A DNA stretch of 64,000 nt from Sminthopsis crassicaudata (GCF_048593235.1 NC_133618.1:660436361-660500360), one strand, 5' to 3'; counted from the stretch's first letter, positions 11,497 through 25,030 are shown. Notes: generated by a model not told the origin, from the sequence alone. Translations and numbers: made by a program.

Positions 11497-14400
11497 CTAG
11501 GGGAAGAGAAGCATGTGAAACCAAGATGGGATCGGGGTCCGCCAGTGCCCTGACCTCAGGTCTGGCCTTGACCCAGATCAGAGGAGCACCACCTGAGGGT
11601 CCAGTAACAAGCTTTAATAAGATGGCCCATATAAGTTCATGCACAAAGGTAGCCAGTGTCTGACCTGGGGATACCAGAGGGTCCAGGATCCTCCAGCTTA
11701 CCTTGATGTGTAAAACGATGAATTCAGATACAGGTGGATTATAGATGGAGACATAAGGGTCGATTTCATCAGGCATAGGATGAAAGAGTTTTGAACTGCT
11801 TGGGGCTGGAGTGTAGCTGAGCATGTCACACAGGGTTTTCACATCAATGAACTTGGGTGTCAGGCCGGCCCGCACTGTATTGTCTGAGCACGCCATACAT
11901 TCCACACAGTCTAGGAAAGGTGGACACACTGGTCAGGCTACCTGATTTCCCCTATCCCCTAGCATTCTCTCTCTAGAAGCCAGAAGACAGATTCCCTGAC
12001 TACCAAGCTCTTGCCCCAGCACCCAATATTCGAACCACTAGCTATCCCTGAGACATCCAAGCCCCCTATCCTTGAAAAAGGCATCCCCTTTCCTCATGTG
12101 AGAATTACTCATGGGAAGTGTTTGCTAACAGGCCCTTTACCCCTTCACTGTCCAACTTTATTTTAAGATGAATATCAAACTTGGGGCCTGTGAGCCCCAA
12201 GATTAAAATACAACTGAGAAATGTTTAACAAAATGAAATTTTGTTAGTTAAATTGGTTATTTATAACCTTATAGTTGTTATAAACCTCATAGTTAAATGT
12301 GATTTTTAGGTCAACATATGGCCCCTAGGAAGTTTGACAGCACTACAAAGCCATTACCTCTGAGAAGCACCTGCACCTTTCTCATATTTGAGCATATGGC
12401 TCTCTTGCCAAGACCCTGTGGAACAGGAAGCCGGCCCAGAGGCCTGTCCACTTACCTCCACTTAGGTAAGCATGGGGCTCATTGGCCGCCAGGAAGATGG
12501 CCTCCCCTGGTTGTAGCACTATCATGTTCAGGAAGTAGATGACAAAGCAGCCGATGTCACCAGGATACTGCTCATGAAGCTTCAAGAGGAGCTCCCCGTT
12601 ACTGCTGCTCACGTCTTTCCCTTCTGCCACTAGATAGGAAGAAATGCAGAAGCAAGAGTGCCCCTTTAATCTTGGTGATTTGGGGCAAGATGTTTAAGCC
12701 CCGATTTCCTCTTCTGTCAACTGGAAATAACTAGCAGTACTCCAGCTTCACAGAGCTGAAATACAAATGAGATGCTAGGTTTTGTGAACTGTCAAACAGG
12801 ACAAAGATAAGCTATCCCTGTGGGCAAGAGGAGTCGGGGAGGATTTGGTGGGGGAGACTTAACACAAGATTTCCCTAGACCTAAGGGATAAGAGAATAGC
12901 ATGAGGAAGATGTGTTGTGCTGGCAAGGACAGGCCCAGGAGGTGAGCTCTGGATGCCAATGTCTTGCGCTAGTTAGTCTCTTGTTCAGTATGACTTAGCT
13001 CCCTAAGGAAAGAAACAGCTTGGGTCCTCTTAAGAACTGAGCACAAGAGGCTCCAAGGCTTGATGGGTTCCTATGGAGCACCAGACTCTCTGTTCCCTTC
13101 CTCACAAGAAATGAAAAAGTGGATCAGAGAGACTGGGACAAATCAGTCCTGAGCACCTTAAGAGTTGCCTAGTCCATGAACACCACTTCCAATTAAATGC
13201 TACCTTAAAAGTTGTCTTGTTCAGTTAAGCTGCAGCTCTTGTTGAAAATGAAATAGCAAAGAGCCAGTGCCCACCTCAAATTTGGGCCCCCATTAGGAAA
13301 AAAAGATGAAGACCTCATTAGAGCATCCCAGTTCTCCCCCAGGATAATGCAGAGACATGGAACTGACTGGCCCAAGATGCAGACAGAGCCCACCGTGTTA
13401 GCAAAGCCATTCTACCTTCCTGAGAGATGCGCTTCACCAAGACACTGAGCTGTTGCTGAAAGTGCTGCTTGTTACTGTTCATCATTTGGGTGAAGCAGGT
13501 CCGAAGGGCAGAAGAGATTTCCTCAATGGACTGGCTGATGCTCAGCTCCATCTCTTCTATTGCCTTATTGGTGATCAGTGACCGGAACTCTGGTACTCCT
13601 GCAGGAAGAGGAGCCTGGAGGCCTGATACAGGAACTAGGCCTCTTTCCACCTGCCCTGGAAGGGGCAGGGAGAAGACCCCCACATTCCCATGGTCCTGGG
13701 ACTGCTGGCACAAACCAGCCACAGGACATACTGCTGGCCAGCTTGGGGACTTTATTTCCTAGCCCCCTTCCTCAGGACCATCCATCCTGGGGCTCTTGGC
13801 CATCTCCATGTAGTGTTTGAGAGACACGCTGAAGCCTTAGAACTCAGGATTTGTATCCAGTACATCTCATCTGAATGGGTCTTCCAACTTTTTTAGAGGA
13901 CCTTAAGATGGCTGCTACTCAGGTTCCCAGTAGTTCCCTTTTCTTCCATAGCTCCAGGCCTGCTCCCTTCCCCACCCCTCCATCCTAGTTTGTGACCAAG
14001 CCTTACTGTTAAGAAATCCCAGGATCTCCGGGATAGGCCGGAAGCCACATAAGGCCTGGAAAGGAGTGAGGGCAATGGCCATCTCTGGCTTATGGTTTAT
14101 ATCCGGGTAGTGTTCAGGAGCCTGGATATGAAGCCTCATTGCCAGTTCCTATAAAGGAGTCAGGGAGACAGAGCAGTAAACTTTAGGACCTCTGGCCAAC
14201 TCCCTGGCCCAAAGGGCCTCAGCTGTCCCTTGGAGGCATTCCTGGACCTCTGCTCCCCCCGTGGCCATCTGTTTCTCCCCACATCCCACCCCAGTTGGGA
14301 TCTAGGCATCTGTGTGTGGCTACATCCATATGCAGAGAGACTTGAGGATGACATGGGGACCCAGGATTTGACTCTCAGAGGATCTCCCAGCCTCATCTGA

Positions 14401-17400
14401 GAGCCAGGATACCTGAGTTCTGATATCTCCCCCCCCCCAATCATGCCTTTCAACTTTAGCTGCATCTCTCCATAAAGGGTCCCTTCCATTCTTTCAGGTC
14501 CTTTGGAATAGGTCTAGGCTATGGAAGGAGAACAGCAATAGCAGAGCAACTACATAGCCCTGGGTAGCCTGCTAGCCCAAACCAAGCCCCAGAGTTTTCA
14601 AACTGTGAGCTGTCATGTTACACTGGATTGAGTTTTGGGTTGAACTAGAAAGGTGAGGTCATTAGGGCCATAAGGCTGCCATCAGTGGACATCCTGAAGA
14701 AAATCTTTCTCTTTTCCCCCTTGTCGCTGGCCCTTGTGCTTATCTCCTACCTTATTGGGATGTGCCTGGATGGAAAGAGCCTTATTGACAGACAACACTT
14801 TGAAGAGGAAAGGCAGTTCTTTGTAGGTTTCTTTGACGGTGTCCCCCAAACAAAACAAATGGTTGTTGATCCACTCTCCTAGATCTTTCTCCAAGATATG
14901 AATATCAGGAATCTTAGCATTACCACGGGGGTGGGTTCCCATCCATAGCTAAACAAAAGATAATCGTTAATCAAACAGGGAAAGTGATGGTGATTTACTG
15001 TGGAGAGGATCAAGTCAATACTACAACCCCTTTTGATTCAATTTTTTAAACTGCTTGAGCCACATTTCTTTGTCCCCAAATTAAATTTGGAAGTTCATGA
15101 GTCCAGATGTTTACTTTTCCTTCTCCGAGTCAGTTTAAAATTCAATTGTCCCATAAATCATAATTCAGAGACTTGTGTCCACACATTTTACTGCCCATGT
15201 ACAATTAAGAAAGATCTATGACCTTGCTAACATGCATTGTAAGAAGCAGGTGGGTGCCAGAATACACATTATCTCTGCAATATAGCTGGCTATCCTTCAA
15301 GCAAGTCTGGCCTGATACCCCTGTGACTAGCCATGCAGGTAGACAATACACCAATGAGCTTTCTCCTAGCAGATGGAAGGAGTGGTTGTTGCTAGCCCTG
15401 TATTCCATCATTTATAATACTAAAGAGCCCTCCTGTTCTTTCCAAAACCATATGAAGCCCCAATTCATGGTCTTTAGATTGCTTAAGGAATTGAGTGCCC
15501 TTTTATGGGTAATTGCTAGCCTTCCCAATAAACATAATGTTGCGTTTTAGTTTACCTTAATTGCAATTACACCACCATGACTATGCCCATCCCAAACTGA
15601 GCTCAACAACTTCCAGATGTCTATAGGTTGGAGTCATCCTGGAGTGTGTCAGGAGAATAGAGTTTGATCTGTCAGGCAGGCAACCACAGCATGGGGTTAA
15701 AGGGTCTGGGGATCTTGGCACTCATTCCTGGAGGTATCACCCTGAGCATATCATTTAACTTCTCTAGAATTCGGTTTTGACTTTTCTGCTGACATCACAG
15801 GTGGCTAGATTGATGGTGTCAAATTTTAGACATGGCAAAGATAAGGATTTTTATTAAGAGATGGGTCTTTTTGACTGTGCTGGTCCACTCCCCTTTTCCC
15901 TCCTGTGGCTCTAGCCTATTTCCCTGTCCAAGTTAAGTATCAAAATAGAGGGAATCAATAACTAGTATGAGGGTGGGTTTGTTTGTTTTTGCTGAGGCAG
16001 TTGGGTTTAAATGACTTGCCCAGGGTCACACAGCTAGGAAGTGTTAAGTGACAGACCAGATTTGAACTCAGCTCTTCCTGACTTTAGGGCTGGTGCTCTA
16101 TCCACTGCGCCACCTGGATGCCCAAGAGTTTTGAGAGAAAAAAGGATTATCCTCTGTGTTTCATTTCCTTTCTGCTGGCAGAAAAAAAAAAATCGCATCT
16201 ATTTCTGTCAATCTGTAAGCTCTGGGTGGGCTGGACTTCTTTCTATCACCTGCCAAAGAGGAGTGGGTAACCAAGAGGAGCTAATGGACCACAGGGCTGC
16301 TGGTACTTCTGGGCATGGCTCATCTGTAAGACAGGGCCTTCTCACCTCTGCATATGGCTCGTCCTCTTGAATTTGGACTAGTGGGTCACTGCTTGCCAAC
16401 AACTGGGCCACTTCGCTGGAAAAGCCCAACTTCCCCCAGGCATAATGCTGAACAGGGCAGGACAGCAGGAACACTGCATGAAGAAGCAGAGGGTCAGCCC
16501 AGCCTTTGGAGCTTCATGGAAAGAAGGTGGGTTAGGAAGGCGCTGGCCATTTACGGGTCAGGCCCGGCACAATGTACAGCTGCTTTCACTGGCTCTCAGC
16601 AGAGGGAGGAGAAGGTACTCGAATTGTTTAAAATGTGCTTTTATCCTTTGGGGAGCTTGGATTTCTTTGGCAAACTGCAGAAGCCCAAGAACCCTTCCTC
16701 AGAATGTTTTTAATGGCATGAAATACACAGGATTACAAAGGAAACAAATTGTGTTGAAACAGTTATCAAAGGATCTTTTTCCAAAAAGTTCACAGAGCTC
16801 AGGTGAAGGAGCCCTGATTTATTTCCCTTCCCTGTAGCTTCAACTCCAGTGAACCAATGATGCTCTTTGGAGCATAAGGTCCCCTCAGAGAAGAAGATTG
16901 TTCCTATCTTCCTCTGCAGTCTCCCCAGTGTCCCATGGATGGGACAGGTGTGCAACTGTCCAATCAATAATAGCAGAAGGGGTCACAAAACTCTGCTTGC
17001 AGACAACTCCCCCCTCAGCCCTCATTGTCCTCCCTGTCATTACAGCCACACCACACAGTGGAAGAAGTCCAGATTTGAATACCAGCTCTGGCAAAAATTT
17101 TTCCTGGCGCCTCGGGCAAAGCACATTGATCCCTTAGGTTCTAAATCATGAGACCTTAGGCTCCAGATTCCTTCTCTAAAAAAGGTGGTTGGACTGCATA
17201 GTCTGAAAGGCCTCCTCACACTAATATATTCCATGGTGATCATGACCTGGTTTGTCTTGTTCCCCAGGTCATGTATGTTGTTGTTCTTCCAGCTGTCCCA
17301 TCAGCTCGAAAGGCAGACCCTGCCCACCCACATTGGACAATGCAAAGTATGGACAAGACCTTTGATTCTGGAATCAGGTGTGAAGAAAAGAATTCATGAC

Positions 17401-20400
17401 TCTGGTGTTAAGCACAATGGGGGTGGGGGTGGGGTGCTTGCTTCCAGGATTTTTTTTTTTTTTAAACATCAATTATTTTTTTCTTTGTGAGAGTAAAGTC
17501 AGGAAGCTCTGGACTCAAGTTCTGCCTCTGCCAACTCCTGACTTTGGGCTCCTGGGGCAACTCTGCAGACTCTTTAAGATTGAAGAGAAGCTGCCTCCTA
17601 TATTGATAGAAGGATTTCTTCAGTCTAGAATGCCCTAAACCACTGGATATCACAAGTCCAGTCTCCCAATCTTGGATTGTTTGTCACTTTTCCTAATCTC
17701 CTTTACCACTGAGCTACTCCCCTCGTCCTCCTAATGAGACTTTAAAAGATCTCATCACAAAGAACTCTGTCCTTTCAAATGACTTGTCCCCATTAACAGG
17801 CACTCTCATGAGGTAGGGAGCTCCTTGTTTCCTGCAGTAATTAATTAGAGGCTGGCTAACTGCCTTTGAGGGGCACTATGGAAATTCCATATTTTTAGAG
17901 CTGAAAAAATCTTCCTTGTAGACTGCTCTCATCCCGACTTTGTCCCACAGCTCACCTAGTCCGTTCAGACTCCTCAACCTAGAAGTCGAGGCTCTAGACA
18001 CCCAAGCCTTAGTTTACCCTTCTGACTTTATCTCCCACCACTCCTCCCCTTTAGAGACTTGGCGCTTAAGCCAAAGGCTTTGTTCATTCAATTCTCAAGC
18101 ATGAGCTGTTGCCCAGACTTTGTTCGCCACTATGAAGCTTTTAAGACCAAGAATGACCCTTGTATACCAGTCTGGGATCTCTTCCTCATAAAGCTTCTCT
18201 CACTGTGTAGTCCCTCCCCCATCTTAAATCCCAACCTGACCTTTTAATCCCAATTCAAGGGGTTTCTTCCAAGAACTCAACTTTGATTTCTTCCAGTATA
18301 TAAATCACATTTCCCCCAGAATCTCACACTTACTGTATATTAACAGTTATAAGTGTCATCTTGCCCCTACTAGGCTATAATTTCTTTGTATGTAGGGACC
18401 ATATGCTGTCAGAACCAGATTTTAAACAGATAACCCTTAAAAGGCCTTTCCAGTTCTTGAGAGCTAATGGTTTTTATCTCTTCCCTTAGTGTAGGATCTT
18501 TTCCCATTAATGAGTACTTTACCAAATACTTTCTGAAGATACTATTGAAAATATGAGACTCTGTTGTCGATAGGAAAAAGGGCAAGAGGATTTGGGTTGA
18601 AGTCCCATCTTTAAGGCATACTGTTAGTAGAACTTGAGGGAATACACTGATTATTTCAGCTCTAAGATTACAAATTATAAAGGTACTGACTTGCCCTGGT
18701 GCAGGGCATTTCTTCCAATTCAACATCCCTCTCAGAGACCCAGATGCTTTGGGGATCTCATCCCCTTGGTGAAGAAGCCTGATGAAGCCCCTTCAGCATG
18801 GCTCTTATCTGTATTCTCTTTTGAGTTCAAATTGGTCCAAAGGGCCTTCACCTCTGTAGATGGGGGAGCCAGCCTCCTGGCTATGGCCTCTCTCTACAGA
18901 TCCACAGGAAGCCTCAGGAAGCAGATTGGATACCACCTGCAGGAGGCTGGCAGGCTTCCAGTATCTGAGTCACCTCCACATCTCAATGTGGCACCGGGCC
19001 GATTTCCTCCTCAGGATTTAAACATTTCAAGGTCTGACTGAAGGAGGCAGGCTCTGGAGTGGAGTAGGGGAGGCCCAGCTTCAGTCCATTTAGAGGAAGG
19101 AGCTGCAGCTTTCTCCTTTGAAAAGGGTCAGTGTGCTCTTGCTAAGGAGCAACCCCCAGGACTGAACAGAGAAATCAAAAAAACAAAAGTCATAGTACTG
19201 ATTGTAACACTGGCTTAATGAACTCCTGGAGGGCATTGCCTTTGCCTCCTTTTGTTGCTCAGTATCTGACACATTGTAGGCACGTAAGAAATGTTTACTG
19301 TATTAATATCTATATTAATGAAAAACTTCCCTGTGTCGGGTTTCAACTCCACAGAACAAGTTCCCTCCTCTTCCCCCATCACCATCTTTACTTCCTCCTT
19401 GTGTGTGCTTTCCCTCTCGTAGGTTGTAAGCTCCATGAGGGCAGGGACTGGCTTTTATTAATTTTATCTCCAGCACTTGGACCATTGAGTGGTACAAAGG
19501 ATAGAGTGCCGGCACTGGAATCAGGAAGATTCATCTGTTACAATGTCCAGACTAGCTCTCTGGAGGATCTCGGGGCCAGTCTTAGTCTTAGTGCAGGAGT
19601 GAAATAGGCAGGGGAGCCACTAGGAGGATGGTCAAAGATGCAATGTCTCTTATTTCCAGTCCTTTCGGTCCTTAAATACTTCAGTATGATTATATCATTA
19701 CAGCACACTAAGTATGTGTGAACTAGAGAACCATCTCATCAATCACACTGAGCTAACCCTAATGTAAGTATCTTTGCTTCAAGTATACTTTTCATCCATT
19801 TATTTAGGTTTTTTGGACTAGGTGAAAGGAAATTCTTTGTCTCAATTGCTACTTAGCTATAATAGAGGAATGGGTGGGACCTCAGTCAAACTGAGCCCTG
19901 TAGAAGACAAAAAAAGGCCCAGGCCTCCCACTGCATCCAGGGCCATGTCTAGTCTTGATCTCTATTTGGTCACTGGCCCCAGATGACTTTGGAGGGGACA
20001 GTGAGGCTGGTGATCTTGCTCAGCCCCCCCCCACTTGAATCTAATTCACTTGGGACATTATGGCATCAGTTCCCTTTTCAACAAGGAACAGCAAACAAGC
20101 CGTAAAATGAGTTTAAGAAGGGAATGGCCAACCACTTTAGTATCCTTGCTTATGAGAACCTCAAATGGAGTCCAGGGGGAAATTGGACAACAGTGAACAT
20201 GCCCAGCTCCTAGCACAAAGCTGGGATGAGCTCTTCAAAGTCGGGTGTGGTTAGTAGAAAAATTGATAAAAATTGATCCCTGAGGCAAAGGCACTGATAG
20301 AGATTCATTTATCTCCACGTTCCCATAGTCTAGGGAGACCTCCAGCAGTCTCACCTTGCCAAGCCCAGTCAGAAATCCCAGTCACGTCCCTGAGATTAAA

Positions 20401-21584
20401 TTTTCCCTCTCAAATCTATTTATGGGCCATCCCATGGGCTGCTGCCCTCAGTTGGGTCAGTCTGTCTGGCCCCCCACCTCTTGGTATCTTTTCCCCCCAT
20501 GCCATGTGGTAGCTCCCCTAACTTCTACCCCATTTCTCCTTACAGCTAGCTAATCTTTAGGGGGCCAAGTCCCTTTCAAGAGTTAGCCTGCCAGGTAAGG
20601 ACATGTCCCATGGGGTGCTCTCTTTCCACTGGGTAATTGTGAGTTCCATGAGGAACTTGTCTTTCATATGCTTTCCCAATTCAATTTCCTATCTACCATT
20701 CCCTGTGACTATTGTATTCCATCATTTTGTAACTTCTCCCCTTAAATCTACCTTTTGCCAAAGAGAATGGCTATTGTGAATTCTTCACGTGATTGAACCC
20801 CAACTTTTGGTGCCTGCCATCTGGTGTGTATATCACATCAGTCGGCCCTTAACAGTGATTTAAGATTTGCAAAATGTTTAACAAATCTTATTTGATCCTC
20901 TTGACAACCTCGGGAGGTTGCCAGGTATGATCCCCATTTTACAGATGCTCACTGAGGCAGGGAGAGGGGAAGTGCCCTGGCAGTGCCTGGAGCCAGGTTC
21001 GAATTTAGATCTTGCTCACTCCCCAACCCTTAGCTGCATATGAGATGAGCGGGTGATCCCGCTCCAACGCAGACCCAGGTCCTACCCAGGCAGTGACAGC
21101 TTCCCAGCTCTGTTTCTTTATCTGTATATGGAAAATAATAATGGCTCCAGCTTCCCAACGCCGCTGGGAGATCAGGACGAGCAAATATTACTAAAGCGCT
21201 TCGCGAACCTTATTAAATGCTATCAAATACTGTTTTTACCCCAGCGGAGTGGGACCGAGAGAGACGCCCCGCCTCCCCGCGCCTTAGTTCCCCCACGTGT
21301 GCTATGGAAGCGGCCGGATTCTCTCCAGGGTCCATCCAGCTCTAAGCCCCAAACACCCTCGGAGTCCGGGACCGGAACACCCGTCCTGCACCTGTTTCCC
21401 CGGAGATTGGCTCCAGCCCTGCCCCGCGCCCAGCACTCCCTTCCCCTAGCCCTGGCCCCACTCCCACCTCCACTCCGTGGACTCTCAAGCCAAGCTAGAG
21501 CCTTTCCCCACCGAGTGCCCACTCCCTCCCTCGCTCCCCACTCCCGCCTCTCCGCGCCTTTAGGTCACCTCGCTGGTCGGCCAT
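11281..21584 (-). CDS. MPI: Mannose-6-phosphate isomerase (type I PMI), complement join(21569-21584,16346-16473,14751-14948,14007-14148,13416-13598,12456-12629,11702-11910,11281-11496), 1266 nt, 421 aa
   Basis: PMI motifs [49 protein letters not shown] and [17 protein letters not shown] are all present; Zn ligands Q/H/E/H and the catalytic Arg are intact; all introns are GT-AG with consistent phases. Confidence 0.97.
11702..11910 (-). CDS. MPI: MPI exon 7
   Basis: [23 protein letters not shown]...; cctag acceptor, AAG|gtaagc donor. Confidence 0.96.
12456..12629 (-). CDS. MPI: MPI exon 6
   Basis: [18 protein letters not shown]...NEPHAYLSG; ctag acceptor, G|gtaagt donor. Confidence 0.96.
13416..13598 (-). 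CDS. MPI: MPI exon 5
   Basis: VPEFRSLI...LVKRISQE; cctgcag acceptor, G|gtagaa donor. Confidence 0.95.
14007..14148 (-). CDS. MPI: MPI exon 4
   Basis: [30 protein letters not shown]...; tttatag acceptor, A|gtaagg donor. Confidence 0.96.
14751..14948 (-). CDS. MPI: MPI exon 3
   Basis: LWMGTHPRG...LSIQAHPNK; tttag acceptor, AAG|gtagga donor. Confidence 0.96.
15978..16123 (-). mobile_element. WSINE1-like marsupial tRNA-derived CORE-SINE
   Basis: Reverse complement of gggcagctaggtggcgcagtggatagagcaccagccct...gtgaccctgggcaagtcac with a T-rich tail. Confidence 0.85.
16346..16473 (-). CDS. MPI: MPI exon 2
   Basis: [14 protein letters not shown]...EPYAE; cag acceptor, GAG|gtgag donor. Confidence 0.96.
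16630..16816. mobile_element. hAT/Charlie-type MITE (same family as 27812-28012, opposite orientation)
   Basis: Shares the core ggattacaaaggaaacaaatt..gttatc and a terminal ..ggagccctg with the other copies; left end approximate. Confidence 0.55.
17640..18400 (+). mobile_element. Old LINE-2 fragment(s)
   Basis: CT-rich degenerate L2-like 3' region ending ..cccctactaggctataatttc; approximate. Confidence 0.45.
19610..20100 (+). mobile_element. Marsupial RTE-associated SINE / RTE 3' fragment
   Basis: Motif cccactgcatccagggcc...ggaggggacagtgaggctggtgatcttgctcagccc..cacttgaatctaattcacttg ending in caaacaa; family assignment from memory. Confidence 0.55.
20246..20840 (+). mobile_element. Solo ERV LTR (LTR-A) in MPI intron 1
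   Basis: TG...CA ends; 595 bp; 6-bp flanks gtcggg/gtcggc; collinear homology with 22582-23176. Confidence 0.7.
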
Positions 21585-21700
21585 CGTCGCCCGGCTCCCG
21601 GTACGTCTGGATTTCCCTAGCGCCGAGTGTTACGTCATCAGTCTAAGCGCGGGGCCCTATGGGAAATGTATTCCGGACCTAGACAGCTCAGGAGACTTTT
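21050..21700. promoter_or_regulatory. CpG island / MPI promoter with CRE-like site
   Basis: CpG-rich region around MPI exon 1; TTACGTCA (TGACGTAA on the MPI strand) at 21630-21637, about 50 nt upstream of the ATG. Confidence 0.75.
21569..21584 (-). CDS. MPI: MPI exon 1 coding part (MADQR+G)
   Basis: gcgacgATGG Kozak in the CpG island; 16 coding nt then G|gtgacc donor; phase 1 matches exon 2. Confidence 0.85.
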
Positions 21701-22581
21701 TAAGAGGCAACAGGAGGAGGAGAAAGTAAGGAGGAAAACGAGGGAGAGTAAGAAAAAGGAGGAAAGAGGAGGGAGGAAATAAAGATGGACGAGGAAGAGA
21801 GAAGGAGGGTGGGACTGTTCCATGGAGGCGTAGCTTTGGGGACCCTATACCCTGACCCTGGGATTTCTGTCGAAGACTCCCTGTAATGAAAAATGAAGAA
21901 TCCTAACTAGCATTTAGAAGAGTGTAAGTAGTGTTTCATTTATTTCTCACCACAACCGGGGGAGGTAGATAGTATGTTATTACTGTATCATCCCTATTTT
22001 ACAATTGGGGAAACTGAGGCAGTTAGGTGAAATGCATTGCCCTGGATTATGCATCTAGTAAGTGCCTGAGGCTGAATTTGAATCCTGCTCTTCCAAGATC
22101 TGAGGCTATATGCACTTTACAATTTAGCTGAAGGGGGGGGGGGGGAAGCATTTAGGAAATGTTGACTATGTTCAAAGCCCTGTGCTAAGCTTTGGGAGTA
22201 TAAGTTGAAAAGTGATATAATATTGTTTGTCTTCTCAAGGGTGGTGGAGGAAAGGGAAGTAGAAAATTTGGACCTCACAATTTTAAAAAATGAATGTTAA
22301 AAACTTTAAAATTAATTGGAGAATGTTTAGTGAAATGTTTTTTTAAAAAATTAAAAAAAGTAATAGAGTCCCTTTTCTTAGGAAACTTGATGGACCTGAA
22401 ATCAGGAAGACCTAGATGCAAAACCCATTTAAATAATGATCAGCTTTGTAACCATGGACCAGTCCACATGGACTACAAGTTATCTGTAATATGGAGTCAA
22501 TATGTCCCAGAATTTTTGTGAGGACCAAATGAAAGCATAATTGTAAAGCATTTTGCACATTTTAAATTGCAGTGTAAATGC

Positions 22582-23176
22582 CGATGAGGTCCTGAATAAT
22601 TACTTCCTGGGATAGGCAGGAAGAATATTCTGATAATCAAGATCAGTTTAGTTCTGTGATCCCACCCTCAGAAGGTAATCCAATCCAAAATCCAAGTTAT
22701 GGCTAATCCCTTAGACTTAATTTTCCTTATAAAACAGTTTATGGTCCATGGTTTTGCTAGTGTCCTCCTTTGGGTCAGCTGGCCTGGACACTGTCCTTTT
22801 CCTAGTCCCTTCCCCATGCCACGTGGTATCCCTGCTATATATACTTTCAAATCCACTTCTCTTTATAGCTACCTCTTTTGGGGTGCTTAGTCCATTTCAG
22901 GGTTTAGCATTGTAATTGCTAAGAGACATGCCCCAACTTCATGGGGTTTTCCTTTTCTCCTGAAAAATTGTGAGTTCCTCTAAAGAACTTGTCTTTTATA
23001 TGCTCTCCTACTCTTTCATATTTATTATTCCAGGTGTCTATTATATCCCATCACCCTGTAACCTCTTCCCTTAAATCTACCTTTGGCCAAAGAGAAGAGC
23101 CATTGTGAATTCTTCACATGACCAAACCCTGACATTTGGGTCCTACCTTCATCTAGTGTCTACCTCAGCCACATCA
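22582..23176 (+). mobile_element. Solo ERV LTR (LTR-B) upstream of MPI
   Basis: (c/t)gatg...catca inverted termini; 595 bp; CACGTG 22820-22825 and TATATATA 22836-22843; U5-like block taaatctacctttggccaaagag..ttgtgaattcttcac shared with LTR-A. Confidence 0.7.
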
Positions 23177-24679
23177 AATATTGACTATTGATATTATTTT
23201 AATGGGAGAGCAAAGCATCTAGCAGGATGGAAAGGTCTGAGGGCCTTGAGCATGCATTGCCTCATCTTTTCTGTCATTTCCACTGATCCAATCATACATT
23301 TCTAATGTGGACTTGAAGATGCTAATGTCTTTTTTTATTATTACGGGTCTTCAGGAGCTGTGGCCATGGCTAGAAGAGAAGCCAGGACACATCTCCATTG
23401 GGCTTGTTCCCCAAGCTGAAGGCCGAAGCAGGGCTGCTGGTTTAGGTGGTGCCACCTCTGCCAGGGCTCTGAAACTCACCTGTCTGCTCAGCACCTGGTG
23501 GTTGGTCAGTAATTGGTAAGGGTGGTGGAGGAAGTGGGGCCTTTCTTTCCTTAATGTTGAATGGGAGCCCAGCGGTCTAGAAGCATCGCTGTTCCCAAGG
23601 TTCCTGGATTCTGCCTGGAATTCTCTTCCCCCAGAAGAGATGGTAATCCATATGATGACATTGCTCCTATGTGCTCAGTAGGGTACTGCTGCTTCAGCTA
23701 GGCTTGCTTGCCAACCGTGTGATGTTTCCCAACTCCTCTAAATCTAGTACCTTCTATTGATAATCTCTAATTTAACGGATCTTTATCTTTTTCCTACATA
23801 GTTATTTGCAAGTTGTTGTTGTCCCCCCCAGCCATCTCAGCCCTAATCCCCAGAATGTGAAGTCCTGGGAAGCAGGGACTGTTTTTTATCTTTCTTTGTA
23901 ACCCCAGTTCTTAGCACAGATTTGGGCACATGGCAAGCTTATTGACTTACTTGATTGTAGATAGCAGTGGATGGAGTTAACTGGTTCCTCAACTACCAGT
24001 TTACTTCCCCAGGTGATGGCTTCGGGAACTGGAAGCAAGTCTGATGATCCGGAGATAATGCTATTCCCATAGCTCTTGGGTCCAAGGAGTTGGTCTGTTT
24101 TCATCAAAGTCCCAAGGGAGGTGGTCCTTGAGGTGGTGAAACCTTGTCGGACCCAAGCTGCCTCCTGCTTCTCTCTTGGTTTGTCTTGCTATTGTGAAAA
24201 GGGACATCTCATTCAATCAATAATATACTCAGCACATGTGATGTGTCCAGCCCTGTGCTAAAAATTTAAAAAAATAAATCAGACAAGTGTTTATTAAATG
24301 CCTACTATGAGCTAGGGATTGTGTTAGGTACAGGGGATACTTAGATTTTAAAAAGCTTTATACCCGCTCTCAAGGAGGTTATGGTTTATCTGGGGAACTC
24401 CCACTGTTCCCTTAGACCAACCTTCCATTTTAAGACAAGCTAGTCTACCTTATCCCCCTTTCACTCTTTCCTCCTTTGCAATTTTCTGGAATGTCCTCAC
24501 AGGCTTCTCTCTGCCTTCTCAATGGAACCACCCCCTCTTGTAAGGATCCATTTCAAGCCCATTTTCTCCCAGAAGCCTTCTTTCCTTGTCATGGGCAGGA
24601 CACCGGTCCACCTCTAGATTAAGTTAGATGTGGGAGGACTGCCGAATTGGTTCTCTCCATATTCCCTCTCTGGACACTA

Positions 24680-25030
24680 GATGGCGGAGTGGACAAAACC
24701 CTTGACTTGCCTGAGGAAGCCTCCTCTTCCCGAGTTCAAATTCAGCCACAGAAAATTACTAGCTCCTGCATGCAGTAGGACTTGAGTTCAAATCCAATCT
24801 CAGACAGTTCTCACTTCCCAGCTATGGGCAAGTCACTTAAACCCAATAGCCCTCCCCCCCCCCAAAAAAAAAAAAAAAAGAAAATTACTGTGTAATAATC
24901 CTGGGTAATAATCACTTTATCTTGTTGACTTCACTCCTCTGGGAAGAGAATGGCAAATCACACAGTATTTCTGCCACAAAAGCCCCATAGGAGTGCAAGA
25001 ACAGTTGGACATGATTGAAACAAATAAAAC
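24680..25030 (+). mobile_element. Old Mar1/MIR-like SINE interrupted by a 5'-truncated WSINE1-like SINE (24761-24878)
   Basis: Inner element has a poly-A tail and a perfect 11-bp TSD agaaaattact (24750-24760, 24879-24889); the host SINE resumes afterwards. Confidence 0.7.

Noticed and set aside
20246-23176. LTR pair read as a deleted provirus or a gene-capturing LTR element
   Set aside because: The interior is the native MPI promoter and exon 1 plus MIR fragments. There is no PBS, PPT or gag/pol remnant, the LTRs are too diverged, and LTR-A has its own TSD-like flanks.
23474-23482. Perfect donor CAG|GTGAGT on the MPI strand upstream of MPI (alternative first exon?)
   Set aside because: A single 9-mer is expected about 0.5 times in the window; no promoter or start codon supports it.
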